A stretch of DNA of 64,000 bases, taken from NCBI RefSeq assembly GCF_009914755.1, contig NC_060930.1, one strand, 5' to 3'. Positions 1-13,494 of the stretch are shown here, one piece after another. The notes beneath the pieces were generated by a model, which was not told where the DNA came from, made no database searches, and saw only the letters and a program-made list of their open reading frames with translations. A program made the position numbers and the translations under genes. This DNA comes from the human T2T-CHM13v2.0 reference genome, Homo sapiens. Within the stretch, counting starts at the first letter, position 1. Every line of letters begins with the position of its first letter.

Positions 1-91
1 TACAGTAAAAATAAGGTGTTATAATCTTATGGGACCACCAGTATATATGTAGTCCATTGACTGAAACATCGTTTTGTGGCTCATGACTGTA
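1..91. mobile_element. End of a TcMar-Tigger element (Tigger3/MER7-like terminal inverted repeat)
   Basis: cttatgggaccacc...ctgaaacatcgt...catgactg followed by ta resembles the Tigger3 terminus. Confidence 0.55.
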
Positions 92-384
92 TAAAGAAAT
101 GGACAGATGTGAGATATATTTTGAGGTAGAAACCACAGGACTTGCTGACGTGTGAATGTGGAGTTTAGAAGAGAAGTGTGGCCTGGACATCCAAGCTGTG
201 GAAGTGGGTGAGCTCCTCTAGGGAAAGGGAGAGAGGAGAGAAGGGAGGAATGGGGTATGGAGGGGAGGAGGGATGAGGAGAAGGTCTAGGAAGCTCCAAC
301 ACTTAGAATTCTGGTAGAGAAGAGATCATACAGGAAATAGTAAAATGAGGTACATACAAATTTAAGAAGAGTGGTGTTTCCTCA

Positions 385-790
385 ACCCAAATGTCTGTTG
401 ACAGATAAGTAGATAAGGAAAGGGTGACAGATATATAAATGGAATGTTATTCAGCCATAAAAAGAAGGGAACCCTGTCATATGTCACAATATGAATTAGT
501 ATTGAGGACATTATGCTAAGTGAAATGAGCCAGTCACAAAAGGATAACTACTGTATGATTCCACAAATATGAGTTATTTAAAGTAGTCAAATTCACAGAA
601 ACAGAAAGTAGAAAGGTGGTTGCCAGAGGTTGGGAGGAGGAGGAAGTGGGGAGTTGTTCAGTATTGCCTGAAAAAGTTCTAGAGACCTGTTACAAAACAA
701 TGTGAATATACTTAATGCTACTGAACTGTACACTTAATTAACAGGGTAAATTTTGCATTATTTTTAAACCACAATTTAAAAAATAAAAAT
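385..790 (+). mobile_element. Old L1 (L1M) 3' end
   Basis: atggaatgttattcagccataaaaag...gacattatgctaagtgaaatgagccagtcacaaaagg...actgaactgtacacttaa, followed by an A-rich tail. Confidence 0.8.
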
Positions 791-799
791 TAAAGAAGG

Positions 800-1400
800 A
801 AATATTTCAAAAAAGAGAGAAATGGTTAACTGAATTGAGTGCTGCCGAGATGTCAAGCAAAATGAGGGCAGAGTTAATTATAGAACTGTTAAGATGGAGA
901 ACATTGGTGACCTTTATACAATTGGTTTCAATGGCATGAAGAGCATGAGAACAGCAAGGATAGAAGTGGAGACAGCTTGTGCGGACAGTTTTCAGAAGGT
1001 TTAGCCAGGAAGAGAGACTTGAGGCAGACTCAGTGAGAGGACAAAAAAACGAAGGAGACTTTTGTTTTGCTTTGTTTTGTCTGAGGAAGGAAGATACTTG
1101 AGCATATTTAAACATCAATAGCATTATCCATAGTAGAGGGAGAGATTGATGGTGCAGGAAACAGGAAGAAAATCTAAAGAAATGCAGCCCTTAAGAATGT
1201 CTGAGGAGATAGGGACAGAGCTCCTCTGAAGGGACTAATTTTGACAGGACGACAGAGACTCCCTCTCACATGACAGGAAAGAAGGAGGAGAAGGCTGGAG
1301 CACATGCAGATGGAACGTGGGTTTAGGGGCGAGAAGAAGGTAAAATCCTCATCTGGTGGCTTTGATTTTCTCTGTAAAATATTAGGTGAGGCTGGGGAAG
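800..1400 (-). mobile_element. L2 fragment(s)
   Basis: Purine-rich degenerate sequence with L2-like motifs (acattggtgacctt, agtttcagaaggtttag). Continues the 100-360 segment interrupted by L1. Confidence 0.45.
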
Positions 1401-2607
1401 AGTTGCATCAACCGTTTGAGGAGAGCCAATGAATGTAATTAGTCATCCAGGATCATGGAAAAACGAGCCGGCCAGTGAATCATATCAGGGTTGACCAGCT
1501 GTGTGGAATTTTGTATTTATTATTTTAAAGTGAAACTACCATGTTATATTTTATCAATTCTAAGATGCACATGTTTCAACCTCAGAATTTGGGATGCATT
1601 CTAGCACTGTTCCATAGTTTCCTAGTATTGTTGGTTTCCTCGCATTGTTTCATAGTTTAATTGCCACCGTTGTTTTCTTTATGGTTCATAAAACAATGGG
1701 AATATCATAATCAATGGCACCTTACGGTGAATGAGGCATGGTAGATGGCTTTGTTCTGTAATTTTATACCTGCCAAATTCAACTGCTTGTGTACGGACAT
1801 GGAGAGGGCATTTGTTTCAGGTTTGGGTTTTAAAGATGAATAAACTTGAGAGAGGACTGTAAAGTTGACAATAGCTGTCAATAACAAACAGGCATATTTT
1901 GGCCTACTTAGGGAAAAATACAATTGCAATGTGACTAGAAAAATTGCCTCCTGTGGAGATCAGCTATTCATTACTGGAAGAGTTTAATCTGCAATTTTGG
2001 TCCACATGGCTATTCTAAGATGTTTTGCCAGGTTAAGATCATATCATAAATTTCTCTTGTAAGCTAAATACTCATGAAACAACAGTTCAGAATTCCTTTA
2101 TCAATCACCTTTTCCAATAGATGTCCAATACTGAATGACCACGAGTCATATGCTGGGTGACTATTGAAGAAAAGATAGGGAACATGTGTATTCATTCATA
2201 GAACATTTAATAATTACCAGCTATATGCCAAGCAGTCTATTGGGTTTTGAGGAAATAAAAATACAATATGAATTCTTTGACTTTGAAGAGCCCACAGTCT
2301 GATTTAAAAAACAAAGAATTGACAACAGAAGTATTCTTTCATCCAATCGCTTATGTAACATATATTTATTGGACTCCTACTGAGTGCCAGGCATTGTTCT
2401 AGGTGACAGAAATACAGCAGTGACAAAATTACAAAGTCCCTACCTCCATGGTCCTTACCTTCTAGTGAGATACGTCAATTGACCAATAGCACACCACTAA
2501 ACATGATACTTTTGACTAGTGATAGATTGAGGAAAACAGTGAAATGTTATAGAGAATGACGGGTGTTACCTTAGATTGAATGTTAAGAGTATAAATTAAG
2601 CTATATA

Positions 2608-2857
2608 TTTTTTTCTTTGGCACGGAGTTTCACTCTTGTTGCCCAGGCTGGAGTGTAGTGGCACAATCTCAAGTGATTCTCATGCCTCGGCCTCCTGAGC
2701 AGCTGGGATTACAGGAGTGCACCACCAAGACCAGCTAATTTTTGTATTTTTTGTAGAGATGGGGTTTTGCCATGTCAGATCTGATGACATCAGGTGATCC
2801 ACATGCCTCAGCCTCCCAAAGTGCTGTGATTACAGGCGTGTGCCACTGAGCCTGGCC
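2608..2857 (-). mobile_element. AluS with internal deletions
   Basis: Reverse Alu consensus with two internal gaps, flanked by aa(t/a)taagctat-like TSD. Confidence 0.9.
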
Positions 2858-4698
2858 AAATAAAGCTATTTTGGCCACAGTAACAGAAAGCCTAACAGTG
2901 GCTTAAGCCCTCGAGCTATTAATTATATATTTTAAGAGCGCAGAGATTATTGATCCCAGTGTGGATTTAGTAATTCAGTCATGTCATCAAAGATCAAGAG
3001 TTTTTCCATGTCTCTGTTCCCCCATTTGCAACACATTGATGTTTTCCTCATGGCTGCAGAATGACTGCCATAGCTGCAGATACTACACCCTCTCAATTTC
3101 CAAAGCCAGAAGAGAAAAAGGGGTGGGAGAATGGGGACAAGATAACATTTTTTCTTCCTAGTGTAGCTGTTTTAATTATCAGGGAAAGGTTCTTTCTAGA
3201 AGCTTTCACACCCCCTAGCAGACTTCCCCCTAAAATTCATCGAACAGAAATGGTGGCCTGCCTACATGTAGTTTAGTGACCAGCGAAGAAGATCTATATT
3301 ACCACAATTCATTCAAAATAATCATGGGTCATCCAATCTGAGTTTTGGGCAAGGAAGAAGGCAGTGTGGACTGGGGTAGGTAAATAATGATTGCCACTTC
3401 AGAGAATGCTTCCCTGAGGAGATGACATTTAAACTAAAACCTAGATGATGAGATGGTGCCAGTCTTGTGCACCACGTCCCATGGTGGCACAAAGGGAGAA
3501 GCTAGGCCAGAGTAGATGGCCAGGAAGGGCTGACAGGGGAAGAGGCACTTGAGGACGAGAATGAGTCAGCCAGGTGAAGTTATGGGTGGAGAGGGGCGGA
3601 GGCTTTCAGGCTATAGCAAAGGCCAGTGGAGAGGAAAAGAAATGTGAGCCAGTTTGTATGGCTGGAGCAAGATGAGCAGGACAAGGCAGGCCACAGCCTT
3701 CGTGGAGATGATTGCAGAGGGGATGATTTGGATTCTAGCATTACAAAATCAGCAATAAGGCAGATGTATGCAAAAGGACCGGTACTCAGTTTCATGTAGG
3801 GCTGTGGAGGAGACTTAAGACAGCTAGGTTGAATCTGACTGAGTACAAGGAGTCAGCCAGGGAACAGAGGTGGCAAGGATGTCCCTTAGGCACAGGGCAC
3901 ACACGGCAGGCATGAAGGCTTGGAGGCTTGAAACAATGTGATGAAAGCCATCAGTACAGCATCACCAGAGGATGATGTGTGAGTCAGAGAGTGACCGGGG
4001 ATGAGGCTGGAGCCATGGCTGGGAGCCCTGCTTCATTTGGTTTAGGCCAGTACAAGCATCTGCCTTTTCAAAAGTTGGGAGTCCCAGCTCTGGAAATAAT
4101 AGCTGGGTTGGCTTCCTCATTTGTGCTGTGCGGGGCTGGGCTTGGATGATCTTCAAGAACACTTCCACTTTTTACATTCCTGATCTCTGGTAGATGCTCA
4201 ATAAACGTTTACTGAACAAGTCTCTCCTGCTACCAAAACGTTGCTCATCAGTGTAAATCAGACGTGTCCTTTAAGGCCTGGTCTGTCCCTGTATTCTCCA
4301 TGAAGTGACTCCTGACCAGGTCAGCCTCCATCAACTCCTCCCTTGTTGGGAGTGACTGTGTCAGCTATTAGTAGAGAAGATCTTGTATGTTTTTCATATT
4401 TATGTGTTTTCTTCTTCCAACTAGAAGTGTGAACTCTGGGAGGTTAGGGGTCATATTTTATATAAATTGATATATCCACAGATGCATGGCACACTGGGCA
4501 TTTTGTGTATAAATAATGACAGTGTGACTGATTAGGACATGTTAGTGTAGACTCACCAGTTGTGACAAATGCATCACCTACCGCGAGATGTTGATAGTGG
4601 GGGAGGTTGTGTGTATGGGGGGGCAGGGATATTTTTGAAATCTCTGTACTTTTGCCTCAATTTTGCTGTAAACCTAAAACTACTCTAAAAAATAAAGC

Positions 4699-4809
4699 AT
4701 ATATATATGTATATATATATGTGTATATATATGTGTGTATATATATGTATATATATATGTGTGTGTATATATATGTATATATATATGTGTGTGTATATAT
4801 ATATATATA
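4699..4809. repeat. (TA)n/(TATG)n microsatellite
   Basis: Direct reading. Lies between an L1 3' end (about 4540-4697) and an Alu tail. Confidence 0.95.
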
Positions 4810-4811
4810 AA

Positions 4812-5107
4812 TTTTTTTTGAGACAGGGTCTTACTCTGTCACCCTGGCTGGAGTCCAGTGGCACAATCTCCACTCACTGTAGCCTCAATCTCCTGGGCTC
4901 AAGTGAGCCTCCTATGTCAGCCTCCTGAGTGGCCGGGGCTACAGGTGTGCACCACCATGCCCAGCTAATTTTTTTTGTTTGTTTGTTTAAAGTAGAGACA
5001 AGGTCTCATTATGTTGCTCAGGCTAGTCTCAAACTCCTGGCCTCAAGCATTCCTGCCTCAGCCTCCCAAAGTACTGAGATTACAGGTGTGAGGCACTGTG
5101 GCCAACC
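4812..5107 (-). mobile_element. AluJ
   Basis: agacagggtctt...ctcctgggctcaag...; diverged and CpG-poor. Confidence 0.9.
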
Positions 5108-6132
5108 TATATTTTTTAAAAGATAGAATTTTCCCATCTGAGGAGCAGACTTGAGTGGATTTTAAGAGGGGACTATTCAGCCCTCAAGGGGATTCACAAA
5201 CCTAGAATTAGAGAAAAATAGCAGCACAGTACTCACAGCAGCTGGGAACTTTCCCATCCTTCCCTGGCCACTTCCTAGAAGATCAAGACTAGCTAAGGAA
5301 ACAAAATGAGGAAGGGGGAATGCTGAGATTAAAATTAAGAGGTGTCTTTCAGTATATTAGGAGAACTTCGTGAAGATTTTGAAAAATGCCACACTCTAGA
5401 TAAATATAGATATAGCTTTTCAAACATGGGATTGGGGAAGCTAAGAAGTTCATAAATACAAAAAAAAGAGTTTTTGAGTGTTTCAAATTTAAAAAAAGAT
5501 ATGTCACTGACCATGTTGCTTTTTGAGAGTCTTTGTCCTTGTATAGGGTAGGTTATGCTGAGGTGACAAATAGCTCCCAAATCTCAGGGACTAAGAATAG
5601 TAAGAAGTAATCCTTTCTTATGGTTGTCATGTGTTAGCAGGGACCTACCTCTTCTTATCACGGTCACTCAGGGACCCAGTCTCATGGAGTAACTACTATT
5701 CTGAATTGCTGGCACCATGCAGAATTACTTAAATGCCCCACTGACCACAAGGAGGTGAGGAATCACAATGCTACCTTGTGTTTGCAACTGGAGACCGATA
5801 GGAATGATTAGGGAACCATACCACCATAATCCTAGTAACCAGAAAGCCAGCCAGCTAGTACCAGAGCCCCAAGCAGAGGCACTTGTGGTTTCCAAATTTC
5901 ATCTTTAGGCTCAGGCTGATTTGTAAGAACAAATGAGCTACAGCCATGCATCACACATCCTGTGCTGCCACCACAGTCTTAAATCCCTTGCCCAAGACAG
6001 GAGCCTTTGCTTTTTGTGAGAGTCTGCGTCTGTCACCTAGTGTGACTCATCCATTCTCCAGTGCATTGCCCCTCCCACTGCAGGAGCTACTCCCATGCAG
6101 GACTTGTCTGTCAGGCTGCAGCACTCCTGCAC

Positions 6133-6240
6133 ATGGGGCTGACTGCCTGTGGGAACCGCAGGGTCCAGCCTGGGGAGCTGCCATTCGGGGCTAACTTGAC
6201 TCTCATCCGTACAAGAGCCCAGCCTGTGATTTGTAGCAAG
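6133..6240 (+). CDS. ADGRF2: ADGRF2 distal alternative first coding exon (MGLTACGNRRVQPGELPFGANLTLIRTRAQPVICSK)
   Basis: ATG at 6133, 108 nt, donor AAG|gtatga in phase 0. Resembles the N-terminus of the long GPR111 isoform as recalled. No signal peptide, so biological use is uncertain. Confidence 0.5.
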
Positions 6241-8063
6241 GTATGACAGAAGAGAGCCAGTAATGCCCATATCTCCAGCTGCCAGGGAGTGGGGCAAATT
6301 TGCCGGTGAGTTTGTCTTTGGCCAGCCACAGTGAGTAGTCCCAGGTCCTCCTTCTCCTTCCAGTGACTTCCTTTGGAGAGGAATTTCAGAGATGAGCAGC
6401 CACTCATGATTTTGTGTTTGTGAGGCTTTGGTAATTTGAGGTTTAATTAATAACATATGTAGTGAATAAGTGAATTTATACAGTGAATAAGGGAACATGT
6501 ACAGTGAATAAGAAGGAATTTATTAACTTTAAGGCACTTTACATAATAAGAGCACAAGTCTGTATAAAAATATTTTTGTTTTCATTTATTCTTCTCTGTT
6601 CTTCTGTGCTCCACTAATTTTATCCAAAGATCAGAATACAGGAAATGGGAACCTATAAATAACCTTTTTTTCTGATAATCTCCAAGGTACTAGGTGTAAA
6701 TGCAGAAGTTAATGAACATTTTTATGATTATTTTCCCTCATCAGACCTTGTCATGTTTTATCTACAATTTTGGCTTATTATGAAGGCATCACTAGCCTCA
6801 AACCCTTCTTGAAACTGAGTAATATTTTTGTACTTTCTCAAAAAATCCTGCACCAACGACTAACCTATGGCAATGAAAACTCTTGGCCTTACACATTTTT
6901 CTTCTCAGATGATACTTTCTCAAGAGGAAGGCAGACTTTGGGGAGATTTCTCTGGGTTCTTAAGCTTGTCTCCATTGTGTCATTCTTTGTATTGTGGGGA
7001 TGTAACTACAGTTCCATTGTTTTTTATACTATTCTTTAAAATAGTGTAATTGATGCTTCATTCCTTTCTTTTTTCTGATTCTTTGTCAGTATTTGTTGAA
7101 TATGAATTTTAAAAGTTTAGTTTTGCTTAAAATTGTTTATCCTTTGAAATTTGACAAAATGTGTTTTTCCCTCTTAAAGTGAACTTACAGATAAAAGTGA
7201 TGCTTGAATTTCTCCCACATTACTTTTGGTTTATTACGTTTCCTCTTTCAAAATTCATTCATAGTCCTATAGTTTCGAAAAATCCACTTATTGGTAGCTC
7301 AAATGCATAGTTTCAAATACATTTCTGGGCAAGTGGTTAGCCTTAAAAGACTGCAAAACTTGTACTTTATGTCCTTAGAGATGGTATCCTAAAATAATAT
7401 AGCCACAATTCTGTTCTAATAATATTTGCATAATATAGAGTTACAACATCATTGTCTTTTTTGAAAAATGAATAGAAACTTGTGAACAGAAATCAGACCT
7501 CTTATTCACAGATAATGAGATCAGGGGATTCAGTTACCAGGCCTGGTAACCGGTTGCTCTTTCTAAAATTGGACATGGGAGGACAGCACAGGGGTTGTCA
7601 GTGGAAGTCACCTGCCCTGGGTTCAGGCATTAACGGGGTGCAGTTCCTATAGAGAATAATATTTCTAAACATGTCTAAAAGATAATAGAACCAACTGAAA
7701 ATCAGTCTTCTTTATCATCACCATGTTCTGGTAATTCTAACCCATGTCAGTGACATGGGTTGGTGATATGGGCAGACCAGGCCCACAGCCACCTTCCCCT
7801 CCTTGGTACTGCTGTTGTGTGTGTGAGATTTGATTTAATTCACTAGTGGGAAACAGTCTACCTCAGGAGACAGTGGCTACTTCCAAAAAACCATAGTTTA
7901 GCAATGAACTATCAGTCCCATTATCTTGGGAATTGATGGCTTCCGGGTTTGTTATTTTTATATATTTCTTTTAACATAACAGCCATCTCTCAGGCTAGTA
8001 AAACCCCTGATTTTATTTTTATTTAGGGACGAGGCTATAGAACCTACTGCTTCTGCCTGTTAT

Positions 8064-8125
8064 TCCTGAATCTTTTGACTGCAATGAACAACTCCTGAGT
8101 CTTTTGACTGCAATGAACAACTCCT
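8064..8125. repeat. 29-bp tandem duplication (tcttttgactgcaatgaacaactcct x2)
   Basis: Copies start at 8071 and 8100. Confidence 0.9.
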
Positions 8126-8639
8126 TAGCTAAAGCCCCAAAAGTGATTTTATTTTAGTAATACTCGGAGATCTCATAGAACACAGGGCATGAGACACAGG
8201 GGTCTGAATGGCCTCAGGACTCTCTTTATGATCTTTGCCCCTCTTGGTGCATCTGCTTCCTTTTGCTCTGTCCTTCTTTCTACAGTTAGGTTGTTCTCAA
8301 TCACATATTAATATCACCTAGGGTTTTTTCTCAGTTCTGTATATGAATATCATCTGTGGAATTTAAAAGACCATTTATCCTAAATGTTAACAGCACAATC
8401 TAGGTGAAGGGATATTAAGTGTTCACTGTTCTATTCTTTCCATTTTTCAGTCGTAATTAAATTATTCAAGATAAAAAGTTTGGGGCAATGTATTAGTGTC
8501 TGAGCCTCAGCCCCAGAAATTCTGATTTAAATGGTTCTGAAGTGGGGCCCAGGCACTAGTATATTTTAAAAGCTCCTCTGGGAATCCCGATGTATGATTG
8601 AAGCTGGAAATCACTGCTATGGATTGCTGGGTTTTTCAG

Positions 8640-8807
8640 CTTCTCTTGACAAAGAGAGTGAGTCCCATCTCTTTCTTCTTGTCCAAATTTCAAAATTCCT
8701 GGGGTGAGGATGGATGGGTTCAGTTGGATCAACTGCCATCCCATAATGCAGTCAGCTCTGACCAAGTACACTGTTCAGCTGGCTGCACACACAGGAAATG
8801 TGGATGG
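8640..8807 (+). CDS. ADGRF2: ADGRF2 distal alternative exon 2 (LLLTKRVSPISFF...THRKCGW)
   Basis: Acceptor gtttttcag, donor TGG|gtaagc, 168 nt, phase 0-0, in frame with exon 27653. Confidence 0.5.
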
Positions 8808-9905
8808 GTAAGCAGTTTCCAGACAGGGATGGGTGGGCTGAGGGGGTAGTTAGGAAAATAAATGTAATAATGATAATAGGAGTCCAGTGTATTCCTCTAA
8901 CAGAAATGCAAAGTGAGTCCTGAACTGCTGAATTTGAGAACATCCAGCTGTTGATAAGACAAAGCCATTGCTTATTATGACCGCTGTTTTTTCAAATTAT
9001 ATCTATTTCAAAAGAATGGAATAACAGAGAATTGGTCTTTGTTAATCTGAAAGTTTTGGATCGCAAAATACAAATTAACATGTTTGATAACAAAAACAAA
9101 AATCTTATCCATATTAGAGTAGGAAGTTGTAAAAGTTACTCTGCATTAGGTGATGCATATTAGCAAATACTATGAAGGTCACTGCTTGGCATAATGTTCT
9201 ATTTGTAGCAGGTATACATTTTATCTCATAACACATCTGGCTTTTAAAATATCACATTTCCTCAAAGATTCTAAATCAGTTATAAATCAGTTAATAGAAC
9301 GAGTCCTCCCTACTGCCCTTTGATTTCCTACAAATATTTTTGAGGAAATTCCATCTTGGCGTTGTGTTTGGAGAGGCTGTCTTCTGCCAAGGATTTAGGA
9401 AGAATTTGGAGAGTCTAAAGCAGTCTCAAGTCATCATTGCAGCTGGAAGAGAGTGGCACTATCCCTTCTGTGCAAGCTTGGGCACGGAGACATTTTATGA
9501 TGGTCTTTAATGCCTTGGGTCTCAAAGGCACTTGAGTTCCATATATATTCAGTTCTCTTCACACACTGAGTCACCCATGAATGTCTTCTCACTTCTACAG
9601 GCATTCCGTGGTACGGGAGCTGATACCTAGGGAGTTTATATAACCTCTTCCCTTTCTCAAACCAGGAGGAAAACTCTTCTTCCTTGCCCGAAATACCTAT
9701 CTTTTTTCTAGTAATTGGAACACCTCTTAAGCCAGGTGTTTGTACAAGAACAAAAGCCTGGGTGGGAATTGAGTTCTGGGTACTTGGCAATTTCTTTGGT
9801 TGTGTATCACAAAAACCTGTGATAACCCTTTGAGGTAGAGAGCTCAGAACTTTAAAAAATGTTCAGAAAATATACCTCTTCACTGGCCCATTCTTCTATA
9901 GCAAT

Positions 9906-9906
<1 letters not shown>

Positions 9907-9944
<38 letters not shown>
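9907..9944. repeat. (CA)n microsatellite
   Basis: Direct reading. Confidence 0.97.
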
Positions 9945-9946
<2 letters not shown>

Positions 9947-12845
9947 AATTTTAAGAGATTATCCAGATACTGATATCTGTGCCCAGGGCCATTTCCTGAG
10001 GACTGTGAATCGTGTGCTTTGGTGGGGTGGAACTGCTAAGGGAAGACAGGAGAAACATAATGCTGATGCCAAATGCCTAAGTCGTGACATGTTTTCAGCC
10101 GGTTCCGAAAAGAGAACTGGGCTTCCTGTAGCAAGAACTGGGCTTTGGGAGATGAAAAGGTTCTGTGAGTTCTGAAGCAATCAGAGCAAAGAGAGAGAGA
10201 AGGAAGAGCACAGAATGAGGGACGGGCAGTTTCCCATATCCCTGAGAAGTGGTGGAGACCAGACCTGACCCAGGCAGATAGTCTTTGGCCACTGAGAAAA
10301 CAAAGAATCCATGTGATCTATGTGGAGCTGGCTACCAGAGAGGAGAGTGGGACACGGCTATTTCAGTGTGGGCGAAGCAGGGCTGAGTACTGATGCCCAA
10401 AAGCCAGCAATGATTGTACCTCTTGTCAGAAGCTACCACTGTGGAGGCTTCATCCATGGATGTCTTTCTCATGATACCAGAATATTATCCCAGGAGAAAA
10501 AGGAAGAGGAAAAGAAGGAGGAAATTCTGAATTGATCAGAAGAGATCTAGTTTAAACTGAAAGTCAATGTGTTACCTTGCATGGGTTATAATGCAAAAAA
10601 AAAAAAAAAAAGAATAAATAAAACAAAAACAAAAACATTTGCATTCATGTTTCACTAGTTTCATGGCCGCTAGACGCAGTCACAATCTGTGTGTACTTGT
10701 CATAAGTTTAGACTTTAAGTAAGGATTCTTAGTTGGTTTATTCAGATGGCCATGACTTCCTCCAAAATGCTGGCTGTGCCTCTGAAATGCTCTCTTTTTC
10801 CTGAGCCTCTGTGTCTCAGTTCTCCTTCATTGCTGTCCTTCTGGGATCTCATGCTGGAAAAACCATTTCAAAACTTCTTTGGTGCAAAACTTTCTTCCTG
10901 CTCAAGAAACAAATTGTAAACAAGTCACCCTTTGAATAGAAACACTGATACCTTGACCATTTATTCATTTGTTTAGCTATCCAGAATGAGAGTAAAATAC
11001 GGTATTTTCAGACATACCAAGATTAAGAGAATTCTCAACCACAGATGTTCATTTAAAAAGTTTGAAAAGATATATTCTAGCAAGAAGTAAAGCAAATACA
11101 GAGAAAACAGATGTAATACTAGAAAGAATGTGAAAAGTAAGGAAACAAAGTAGGAAATGTGGCTCCAATATGGAGAACTGGTGGTTTTAGGGGTTAGATA
11201 GCCCCTTGTTTTCATATTGCTTTTTACTTTTGAACATCCATTTGGGGACACTTTTATCTCTTCATTTATGAAGTAATTAATCACAAATAATTATTCATAG
11301 TGCTCCTATATCTACTGAAAGAGAGAGAGAGAGAGCAACCCAAACATGGGCTGGAGCTAAAGTTCACAAATAATCTGAAACTCCAAATTGTAAAATAATT
11401 TTAAAAGATGACTGGTTGGGTGAGTATGCATATTTTAGTGTAATTATTTAAGCCATTGAGGCAAGAGGTCCACATATTTAGTGCCTCTACAGCCATGTGA
11501 TCAGAGTAGAGATGCTACCTAAAATTTCTCACTTCAATATCCTGATTTTGTCAAAAAGAAAATAGTTATTACTCGTCAGTGAGCACAGTTATGATAGTTT
11601 ATACTATGTAAACATTCAAATGTAAAGTTTTTAGAGCCATCGATAGGTCAGGAATCATTCTTTTGAGATGAACTGTTATAAGCTCTCCATAACAACTATT
11701 ATACATACAACTGTTATACATACCAATATATACGAATATATATTTGCACATATTTTTAGAACTATTACGTATTTATGTTGGGCTTTCTCATTTCTGAGTC
11801 GTCACTCATGTGAGTGACGTAGTGCTGGGTGTTTTTGCAGAAGTAGGAGGCATCATGGAGTAACATGTCCTACAGTTGCGATAGCGACATGGTTTTTATA
11901 GAAAAAACAAGATGAAGGCTACTGAAATCTGAACAATAGTAGAAGTGCTTCAGGAAAATATTTGCATAATGAAAATACATAAATCTAAAAACAAATATTT
12001 CAGGCTAAATGCTACCTAAATATCAGCTTAACTCCCTTATTTCTCTTTGTTTCCAGACTTGCTCCTCCTTCTCTATTTCATCTTCTCATTAACGGCCTCA
12101 AAACAGTTTACTCGAAAAACATCAATGTCATCTCTTTTTGCTACCCTTTTCATATATGCGTTTCCCCTCAAAATTACTGTCTTTTTCTCCAAAGTTAATA
12201 ACAGCCTCTGCTCTTCACTCCTCTCTCTTTCTCATTCGGGCATCGGATTCCATCATTTTTCTTCTTTGAATCCATCTCCCTGATATTGCCTCGGTTTGGG
12301 TCCTTGTTACTGTTCATCTGGACTAAGGAATGTCTTCTTCGCTGACGTCCCGGTTCTGGCCTCTGCCTTCTGACTTACCCACTGCACTGTTGGCAAAATA
12401 ATCTTTCTAAAATGAAATCTGATTCTGTCATTAAAATGTTTCTGCTGGATTACCTCAAATCTTCACTTTATATTGATACTTTGCTTCTATTTGATGTCTC
12501 TTTCTTCAAGCTCCTAATTACTTATGAATTTCATGATAGTATTTTGATTTTTCAAGAGTTATCTTGATCTGTTATTTTATCTTTTCTTCTTTGAACTCAT
12601 GTAATAAAAAAAATGCTCATATTATCTTGTTCTGTATCTTAAACTAACTGTGAAGAATTTCCCTGCAAATGTGTATGCGTATGTGCATGTGTGTGATATT
12701 AACTTTTATGGTGGGTTTTTTGACTTAAGCTCTGCTGCTTTGTTTTTCTCCAAAACACTTCTCTATAATGTGTTAGCATTGTTGGGATGCATCTCCTTTT
12801 ATATTGTTCGTGCTTAAATTACTCTGATACACAGAAGGTGACTTC

Positions 12846-13152
<307 letters not shown>

Positions 13153-13309
13153 CAGAAGATGACTTCTTGACTCCTCTCTCTCCGTATCTGACACTACTTC
13201 ATTCTTTACGAGGGTAAGGTTTGAGGTCTGGGCATTTTGTGCTCTATCTCCTTTTCTGCAGTGTAAGGGGAGAGCAGGAGGAAGAGGCTCTCTGCAGCAG
13301 CACTGACAC

Positions 13310-13461
13310 CTGGTATATTGGGCAAGCTCCCAGGAACAAATAGCATTCTCCATAGGGTTTTCCTGAAGAAGATTTAGCTGAAAATAAGAAACTGAAGAGA
13401 AGTTAATGAAGAGTTTTTTTTTTTTTTTTTTTTACAGAGGTATTTTTTTTTTTTACAGAGG

Positions 13462-13494
<33 letters not shown>

